DNA of 64,000 bases from Eledone cirrhosa (taxonomy: Eukaryota): assembly GCA_964016885.1 (NCBI GenBank), contig OZ024749.1, forward strand, positions 7,192,001 through 7,256,000. The letters run 5' to 3'. Of the stretch, positions 55,337 through 64,000 are shown one piece after another. The notes under the pieces are model-generated. The model did no database searches. It worked only from the letters and a program-made list of their open reading frames with translations, and had not been told where the DNA came from. Numbering within the stretch: position 1 is the stretch's first letter; each line of letters starts with the position of its first letter. Made by a program: the position numbers and the translations under genes.

Positions 55337-55340
<4 letters not shown>
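55079..55340 (+). mobile_element. Fold-back mini-element in (TA)n with variant hammerhead
   Basis: About 76-bp perfect inverted arms, a 22-nt spacer and a unique 3' extension. A second copy lies at 33603-33788. Confidence 0.7.
55179..55229 (+). ncRNA. Hammerhead-like motif with variant core CAGAAGA (inverted copy at 55102-55152)
   Basis: AGTTT-CAGAAGA-tCCCgttaaGGGt-GAA-AGCAG cgattct TTGCT-T|AAACT. All three helices are present, with a U4->A core change. Confidence 0.55.
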
Positions 55341-55370
<30 letters not shown>

Positions 55371-55375
<5 letters not shown>

Positions 55376-55845
55376 TATAAGTATTAATAAAATAGATGGT
55401 CTTTTGATCAATTACATTTTATTATACATATTTCGGATGTACAACAGTACGTCCTCATCAGACAAAATATAATGATACATGACATACCCTGAGATGTTAA
55501 ATGGTCAAGATGTAATCAAGGTAGTGATTACCCGATAGAAAATTTTACTTATATAATATCTATGTGAAAGTGCGAAAAACGTAATAAATGCATTAGAGAA
55601 TGTGTGAGTAAGAAAAAACGTTGCATACTGTAAGTGTTCTAAAATTTTAAAGTGTATGATACTACAATATATCTAGGAAAACGTCTCATGAATCATAACA
55701 GCCAGTGATAGCCACTGGAAAAAGATTTATAAGGAGGGAAAAATAAACTACTGAACATTATTTTTTTTTTCCCGTTGAGTGCTTCCAATCTACTGTAAAA
55801 CTCATTCTTTGAAATAATCATCGAATATTGTTTAATAACTTAATA
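55371..55845 (-). mobile_element. AT-rich element between TA tracts carrying the canonical hammerhead at 55411-55473
   Basis: TA microsatellite on both sides. Boundaries are approximate. Confidence 0.45.
55411..55473 (-). ncRNA. Type I hammerhead ribozyme (minimal stem III, AUA site)
   Basis: Minus strand: ATTATATTTTGT-CTGATGA-GGACGTAC tgtt GTACATCC-GAAA-TATGTAT-A|ATAAAATGTAAT. Stem I is 12 bp (2 GU), stem II is 7/8 bp, core is canonical. Confidence 0.8.
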
Positions 55846-55966
55846 TATATATGTTGTAGTGCAGCTGCAACTACGGTTAACTTTGCCTTTCATCCTTACG
55901 GGTTCGATAAAATAAAGTACCAGTAATGCACTGGGATAATTGGTGGCTTGTGCCTACAGTAGAAAC

Positions 55967-56016
<50 letters not shown>

Positions 56017-56505
56017 ACACATACACCCACCTTCGGTTACGAATGGTCATGAATTTTACTCCTAGAAAGTTCCATTCCGAGTTACAAGCCTAGCCGAGGT
56101 ATTTTGGTAAAAGACCACCAGTTGTCCACACATGCCAGACCCTTCTCACTACGTCACAGATATTGTCCAGTGAGAAGACAAAGACCAAAACAAGTTGGCA
56201 CCAATGACCTCGCAACTCATACTGACATGAGTTCGAATCACGGCCCAGGGTTGTGCGTTGCGTTCTTGACCAAAATAACGTCATTTCGTGTTACTGCATT
56301 AACATGACAATTAAACATGAGCACCATAATTAGCTGGGAGTGTAACCCTGCAATGGACTGATGTCCTGTCCAGAGGGTAGTCGTGTACTCTCAGTTGCTT
56401 AACGACAAGGCAACCAGAGTAAACACACACACACACATATATATATGGTGTCCCCCCAAACAGCATTCTAATAAATATGTATACACATTTTTTGGGGGGA
56501 CACCC

Positions 56506-56542
<37 letters not shown>

Positions 56543-56659
56543 GTGGGGGGATGTCACTGACAGACGTAAAAATGTGTATTAAATATCGAAGTAAAGTTTA
56601 AATATTCCTTGTTATGATTAAGTGATGAGTGTTGTTACTCTGAGTTTCATCTGTATACA

Positions 56660-56885
56660 CTCAGATCACCAGACGTATTATTGAAGCCAGATAATGCCAG
56701 ACATACAGACAGATAATGCTACCAGTTACCAGTGTACTCCCAGATCAATCACCAGACGTATCAGTGAGATAATGCCACAGCCATACAGACAGATAATACT
56801 ACCAGTTACCAGTGTACTCCCAGGATCACCAGACATATCAGTGAGATAATGACACAGACTTACAGACAGATAATACTACCAGTTG
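56660..56885. repeat. About 75-85-bp tandem repeat x3 just inside CCDC39 intron 1
   Basis: Repeated ATCACCAGAC...CAGACAGATAATACTACCAGTT. Confidence 0.75.
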
Positions 56886-56927
56886 TCAAAAAATCAATTA
56901 AAAAACACGCCCGTATAAATTGCTTAC

Positions 56928-57026
56928 CTCATCCTGTAGTTTCCTATTTTCATCATTAACAACAGGTATCCTTCCTTCCTGCCATTCGATTTCAGTTAAA
57001 AACTTATCCATTTCTTGACCTTCCAT
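56928..57026 (-). CDS. CCDC39: CCDC39 coding exon 1 (MEGQEMDKFLTEIEWQEGRIPVVNDENRKLQDE)
   Basis: ATG at 57026-57024 and GTAAG donor after 56928. The peptide matches the recalled CCDC39 N-terminus ([27 protein letters not shown]), with a phase-0 intron at the equivalent position. Confidence 0.9.
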
Positions 57027-57080
57027 AGTGAAACTTTGATAAAAAGAGCAAGTCCTCTTAACAAACACCTTCCGAGTTAA

Positions 57081-57127
57081 TGTTTACGTTTATTACGTTT
57101 AACCTATTGCTATAGCAACAATAAACA
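57081..57127. promoter_or_regulatory. Forkhead (FOXJ1-type) motifs flanking the X-box: TGTTTAC at 57081-57087 and ATAAACA at 57121-57127
   Basis: Match to TGTTTA[C/T]. These are short motifs, supported mainly by context. Confidence 0.45.
57106..57119. promoter_or_regulatory. RFX X-box (GTTGCTATAGCAAT on the minus strand)
   Basis: Near-palindromic match to the X-box consensus GTTGCCATGGCAAC, about 80 nt upstream of the ATG of a ciliary gene. Confidence 0.7.
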
Positions 57128-58209
57128 TAAAATATAAAGGGGAAATTACTAGAAAGATTTATTTATGTTCATGTCTAATTATCTCCCTTGAAATTTCTCT
57201 AATGTTGTATGTTACAAGCTTCGTTGGCCAAAACAAAATAGTGTTTATTTAAAAAAAAAGAAATCAATAATTGATAACACTACCATGCCATATCTTTTGT
57301 AAAACAACAAATGAATGTTACAAATGCTTTATTTCAGAAAATAGTGAGTCAGATGTGTTGAAAGAGCCAGTCACTCTCTTTCTTTCTTTCTTCCCCTCTC
57401 TATATATACGGGATTTGTTACACAAGCGAAAATATTAATACTCCATACAATTGAGCTGGGTGATATATATTATAGCTATGAACTTATACAAATGATACGT
57501 CTCAAGTTTAGAGCCCAAAGGATGTAGCTTTATAGCTATAATAAAATATAACGATGTATTTCTAAGGTTTGTTTATAATGACGCACAAGCTAGTATTTAG
57601 TAATTATGAGTTATGTCTCTTAGTAAATTTAGCAATTAGAGTTACGTCCCCTGAAAAAAACGCTCGCTTTGTGTTGACATTTTCGTTTCGATAATTACGG
57701 AGTGTAATTGATAAAATAAATTAACAGTCAATTACTGAGTATAGTTTTAAATGTTTCAACACTGACGCTACTTACAACTAACCCGATTAAAGTATTTATA
57801 TTTAAGTGTAATATATTATTCTATTTTATTGTTTTACTGAGGCCATGTTACAGCTCTCATTAACTACGGTCAGGGCCTCCAAGAGAAATGTTGCAAGGCG
57901 GTACAAGACCCCCTTTGGGGCCCGAAGCAGGCAAAGATTTTTCTCAAACATACATACACACAAACACAAATACACGGACACACAAACAACAACAACAACA
58001 ATAGATACAACACCAACAAACACCTCCTCCACTATCGCCACCGTCGTCAATAACAACCACCACCATCTCCACCACCACCCGTAACAACAATAATAACGCC
58101 GCCACCACCACTATCCACGACAACAGCAGCACCATCACCAGCACCATCACCATCACCAACACTAACACCACCACCACCCACATCCGACCACTGGTACTGG
58201 TCAATGTGA

Positions 58210-60300
58210 CACACTTATAGGGGTCACTTCAGAGAATAACTCAGCCTGTTTTCTTTATTCGGTGACCCTCTATTGTGCTGGACTATAGGGAGTCCACCAT
58301 ACAGTGAAATCATGAGCAGGCAATGATTCTCCATTCGAGAGACATGCTCTAACCAGCGTTGCTATGTCTTTAACAACATGGCCTCGATACTGGTCACCTC
58401 TGTCATTAACATTGAAGTCATTGAACAAGTCATTTAAAGTCACTTCAGCGGATTTCAAGGATCGTTTGAGGACAGCACTAATGGATGCTTAAGGACTCTT
58501 AGGTTATGGTGGTAAATAACCCACAGCTCTCAGCCAGAGATTGGGATGGAGTGACCAATACAATGGGGGATATATTCAGGCTAATTATTTTTGCCTTTTC
58601 TCAGGTACCTGCTGTTCCAGTCTTTTTCTCTACAGCCTGGCGAATGCACAGTTTATATCTGTGTAATATGTGAGATATAGTCTAGCAAGCAGTCATAGTG
58701 TGATATGTGAGATATAGTGTAATATGTGAGATATAATATAGCAAGCAGTCATAGTGTGATATGTGAGATATAGTCTAGCAAGCAGTCATAGTGTAATATG
58801 TGAGATATAGTTTAGTAAGCAGACATAGTGGGATATGTGAGATATAGTGTAATATGTGAGATATAGTCTAGCAAGCAGTCATAGTGTGATATGTGAGATA
58901 TAGTTTAGTAAGCAGACATAGTGTGATATGTGAGGTATAGTGTGATATGTGAGATATAGTCTAGCAAGCAGTCATAGTGGGATATGTGAGATATAGTTTA
59001 GTAAGCAGATATAGTGGGATATGAATCGCCTTGTTAAGTTTGGCATCTAACGAGATGCTGCACCCCAGCTAGCTAAACTCGGAAGCCTGTCCCCAACTCT
59101 GTTTCGCCGATGGTGATGCAGGGAAGGTGGTAGTTTTCCCGTGTGATGGTTGGTTGAGAAACTTCGTCTTCTTCAAGATGACCTCCAGCTTAAAGAGGTC
59201 TGCAGTCTCTGCAAATCAGAATGTTGTGCGCCTCAGACCTGATTCTGTGTGGACAACAGGAGCTGCATCATCACACGAATAGTAATTCTCGAGGAGTTGC
59301 TCCAGTGTAATGAAGTGCGACTGCAATCACAACAGATTAAACAGGTGGCCATCAATGCGGCATCTGACATAAAGACCGTCCTCTTCATCAAGGCCCTCTC
59401 TGGTCCGCGTGAGCGCCATGGTGAAAATGCTGGTAAAAAGGATGTACCAGTGTTTTATGCCGTTTCTTATGCAGGATGGTTTGGAGGGCTTGTAATTGCA
59501 TCTGACCTGGTCACACTGATTCCCATGCAATTGGATAACAATGTTGAGAAGTTAGTGGAGGTATCCTAGAGGTTCCATGTTCCCCCATAGACCGCACCTG
59601 CTCAGTGATAGATATATATGAATCCCCTACGGTCCTTTGTTCTGTTCTCATGAAGCTGCTCAAGAACCAATGCCTTGTCTAATGATTCTGTAAGCTCAGA
59701 ATCTCTATTGGTTCACTGGTTGATGTATTTCTGCTATTGTCGGCTCTAGTCTTTTCATGAGTACTTTGCCAGGATTTCCTTGAAGGGAGATCGGAATTAT
59801 TCTCCCCGGTAGTTGAAGCAGGCAGATTCCTCTCCTTTGTTCTTGTACAGGGTGTGATGACAGCATCTCGGAGAGGGTGGGGGTCTTTTGGTGATTTGCA
59901 TTGTTTCTATCAGCAGACCAAGTGCTCGAGTTGTTTGATATGCAGTGCTAACTCTCCACATTTCCAAATATATGACAGCCTCCCACCAACTTCTGCTGCC
60001 TTTCAGTTGTTTCATGGGCTTTATTGTCTCTTCTACAGTGGGGATCTCGTCAACTCCTTGTTTAGCTAATTGTTGAAGGATGCAATGATTTGCTGAGTCA
60101 TGAACCAGGCTGGTTGCTGTTGAGGAAAGTCCAGAAATATTTTGACCACCGACTCAGGATGGTTGTTCTGCCTTTTAGTAGCACCTGTATACCACCATCA
60201 TAGAACCATTTTTAGTCACCGTTGTCTGCAGAATGTTGACTTCTTTTTGAGATATTGGTCTACCTCAAGTTCTGAACCTCTCCGAGGTTGCTGCACACAA
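58210..60300 (-). pseudogene. Degenerate RTE-like LINE fragments
   Basis: LYKNKGE..ACFNYRG (about 59800-59850) and further decayed RT-like segments, interrupted by a tandem array at 58660-59020. Confidence 0.5.
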
Positions 60301-60414
60301 GATCAAAAGATGTTTTCTTAATGGGACAAAATAGTTGAGTAAGCTGGGTTTGGTGGGTGAATCGCTTCTCGGCTAACAGTAATTCCTCTTCTTTATTTTT
60401 ATGGAGAACTTCAA

Positions 60415-61545
60415 CAGATCCTAGCTATTGAAAACATCATTGAGAAATCAATAGAATTCAACAACCCTGTGCACAACACCTTCATTGACTTCACAAAAGC
60501 TTTTGACAACGTGAAACTACCCAGCTTGTGGCAACTCTTAAACAAGACCACAATTAATTAAAAAAATGCATCAACCTACTGAAAGAAACTTACACCAACT
60601 CAACAGCATATATCAAAGCAGACTTGGGAACTACACGCTGTATAGACATTTTGAAGGGAGTTAAACAGGGGGGTATACTGTCGGCAATTCTTTTCTGTAT
60701 AGTTATAGCTGCACTTATCTACCAAACTGAAGAAGAATGCTCCTCTGGCTATCAAATAGGAGGTAAAATCCTATCAAATCTTAGCTATGCAGACGATCTG
60801 GCTATCATGAGTTACTCTAGAACTGATTTGCAGGACTTTCTGAATGTACTGGCCAAACATTCACTAGAGGCTGGATTACACATCATCATCTCCAAATCAA
60901 AGTTTATGACAACTGATAAAAACAATGCCAATCTACAACTCACAATCTACAACCAGCAAATTGCTCAAGTTATAGAGTTTATATATCATCAAACAACAAT
61001 GGAATGGTTGCTGTTCAGTATCGCATTCTTCTAGGTTGGGCAGCTTTCAGCAGAAACAAGGAAGTACTAACATAAAAACGCGTTTCCCATCATTTGAAGG
61101 CTAAGATCTTCGATACTTACATACTACCAGTTGTGTTATATGGTCTTGACTGTGTTAATTTGACGACAAGGTCACTTCAGAAGCTCTCTATATTCCAGAA
61201 CATCATGAGACTTATGACTGCCAAGTAGCTCAGCGACAGTACCTGTAACAGTGGGCTGCTCAACATTACCAAACTTATACCAATTACATCAATTGTCATG
61301 TCAAGAGTACTCAAACTATACGGTCATATAAGAAGATCAACTCGTGGTGTGAGTAGGTTATGCCCGGAAGGAAGGTTGGCTGGTAAGAGAAGCAGAGGCT
61401 GGCAGCCAAAACTATGGCTTGATAATGTCAACCGATGGACTGTACTTGACCATTGCTTTCTAAACTCTGCTGTTGGTGATCGAACTCTGTGGAGAAAAAT
61501 ACCTCATATTGATGCATAGTCTGCAAATGGCGGGGTTAGCGTCTA
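60415..61545 (+). pseudogene. Degenerate RTE-like LINE RT
   Basis: FIDFTKAFD, GVKQGGILSAILF, LSYADDL, LKLYGHI...GKRSRG, with stops and frameshifts. Confidence 0.8.
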
Positions 61546-63202
61546 GAAAAAAAAGAACAAAATTGTTTTCGTTGAATCAGTCCTTCCTGATTTTTACTTT
61601 TATGGAGAACTTCAACACCGTGGGTTTAGATGTGCCAAAAGAGCTCTGGAGAGGGATACACAGAGAAGCTGAGATCTTCAAGATCTAGTTGACGATTCGA
61701 CTGGAAAACTTCCTGAACCTTACCAGACAGCAGATCGCCATCGCTAAACGTCTTCTTTGGAGTGATTTCTCCTCCCTTTGTCTCAGCTTAAAATTGAGAT
61801 TGGGTGTGCAGTGGACAAGGCGACGGCCCGTATGGCACTCTACCCTGGGTATATAGAACATCTCTGTGGTGTACCAAGGTCTAGTCCAGGGTAGAGTACA
61901 CACTGCCATCATATCACATCTATCTGCTATACTCTATATTAAAAGGGATAAAGATCCCATAACCCCTTGTGGAGTCATGGAGGCACTGTCAAACGGCGTG
62001 TCTAGGGCACTTTTAAACCTGGCGGAGTCCAACTCTCTTCAAGTCTGAACACAGCCGATTTTTTTTCTATAGAGGAAGAATCGACACCAGTACTGGACTG
62101 GTACTTTCTTTTTATCGACATCGAATGCATAAAAGGCAGGCGTTTCCTGGGCATTCAAAACCTGGCGGAGCCAATCTCATCTCCCTGTCTGAATACAACT
62201 TATTTCTTCCAGAGAAGGATTAAGACTGAGAGAGAAAAAGCGAGAAAAAGGGAACAGAGGAAGAATCGATCCCAGTATTGGACTGGTACTTTTTCTTATC
62301 GACTTCGAAATGATAAAAGGCAAATTTGAACTTGGCGGATTTTGAACTCAAAGAGCAGTGATCCGGAAAGAATACGTTCTAACAACTCTGTCATTCAGGT
62401 GTGACTGAATGTTAAATAATTTTACTTCACAATTTTAAGATCTTTGATTCGATTCATGAGCGTGAGTCCTTGTTGTCTTTTACTGTAGCCCCAGTCAAGA
62501 ACGGTGCTCGCAACGCCTCCACAAAGGGTTAAAGATAAAAGCACGCATTACAGCAGAGGTTCGAAACTACCACCACCATTACTAGCACCACCACCACCAC
62601 CAACACCTCAAACAATGCAACCGTCACAACAACTACTGTCACCACAACCAAAACTATGTTATGTCGACTGGATCGTGGACACAGCATGGACAAATGGTTT
62701 AAAAGTTTCGATCCTGAGTTCGATCCGGCAGCGTGACGACTTGGACAAACATTATTTACCACAGTCTTGGGTCATCCCCATACATCAAAGGCGGAGGAAG
62801 TATTTCTGAATAGGGGTGGGTCGGGTTAAATTTGTTAAATTTTGTTGTAGTGAATAGTTTGGCTGTTTTTATCAAATATCAACCAAGATATAAAAAAACT
62901 ACGATATGTGATAAACATAACATGTACATAAATTGTAGCAGATATACAAATAGATATGTTTTGGTAGTTTGGGGAGAACAATAAAATTATTGGAGGGGCC
63001 ATGTCCCAACAGCTCCTACCCCCATTCAAGTTTGACCTGTGTGTAATTCTTTTCTCGCGCAGTCTTGACCGAGCTGGTATGGAATTTTTTTCTCTCTCTC
63101 TTTCGTCTGCGACTTCACAAAACTTGCGTTTACCGAATTCGTAGACCAGACCCCCTTATCTTCTTCTTCTTCTTCTTCTTCTTCTTCCTCTTCTCTCCTT
63201 TT

Positions 63203-63238
<36 letters not shown>

Positions 63239-63589
63239 CCCCCCCCCCGTCAAACTTGGGCGAAATTCTTTCCTTGCTCACATTTCAACCAGGTTTGATG
63301 GTCTTTCGTCTCTTGTTCACGATTTCACAGAGTTTATATTCATAGAGATCTGGGACTTGTCTATTTCTACTCACTTTCCGTTGCTTAAACCTTTTTGTTG
63401 TTACTCTAGCGTCCCCCTTTATTTACGTGTCCCAACGACTTTTTTTAGCCGTTGTTCGCACCAACCTGAGGCATATGGCCCTTAAAGCGATGAAATGCCG
63501 AGGACGGTTGGAGGGTCACTGATGAAGGACTCACTTTTTCATATGTATCCCATTTGCAACGCCGCAGCTCCATTATTATCATCATATTT

Positions 63590-63636
<47 letters not shown>

Positions 63637-63637
<1 letters not shown>

Positions 63638-63749
63638 GAGTAGGACCCCGACGGCTGAGCTCAAGCCGTTTCGACGGCTAATTCTGGACTAAGTATTGAG
63701 TACTTTGGTGCGTTATGGTCCACTTGGTTCCTTACCACATTTCCTTCGT

Positions 63750-63750
<1 letters not shown>
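63637..63750 (+). mobile_element. Short (TA)n-inserted element: inverted half-hammerhead plus conserved 3' end
   Basis: First about 55 nt match 38951-39007. The 3' end ...GGTTCCTTACCACATTTCCTTCGTTA is shared with 33104-33169 (+) and 26538-26613 (-). Confidence 0.65.
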
Positions 63751-63784
<34 letters not shown>

Positions 63785-64000
63785 TCTTGACCACACGTGA
63801 CCCGTTGGGTCACGTACACTTAAACATAAGTTTTAAATAATTAAAATATACACAGACATGTATATAATGGGAAATGAAACTGAAAGGCCCATATATATAC
63901 GTGTGTGTGTGTATATATATATATATATAAATGTTTGTGTGCATACATATATATATATATGTGTATGTGTGTGAATATATATATGTGGGTGCCTGTGATC

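Overview
Eukaryotic, AT- and microsatellite-rich genomic DNA. The SINE/LINE/microsatellite content suggests a cephalopod, probably octopus (inference). One host gene is supported: the 5' part of CCDC39, a motile-cilia axonemal ruler protein, on the minus strand. Its first three coding exons are 56928-57026, 25512-25631 and 23868-24014, with a 31 kb intron 1 and an RFX X-box plus forkhead sites just upstream of the ATG. Nearly everything else is repeats: a near-intact RTE LINE with a PHD-like finger inside its RT region, RTE/CR1/R4/CRE remnants, tRNA-derived SINEs, MITEs, and many tandem arrays, several visibly amplified from TE sub-sequences. The most notable signal is at least five unrelated families of short, often fold-back elements. 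Each is inserted in (TA)n microsatellite and carries a type I hammerhead-ribozyme fold, one with a repeated non-canonical core. They resemble Penelope-like pseudo-LTRs or retrozymes, and several lie sense within CCDC39 intron 1. All RNA folds were paired by eye, and cleavage activity is untested.
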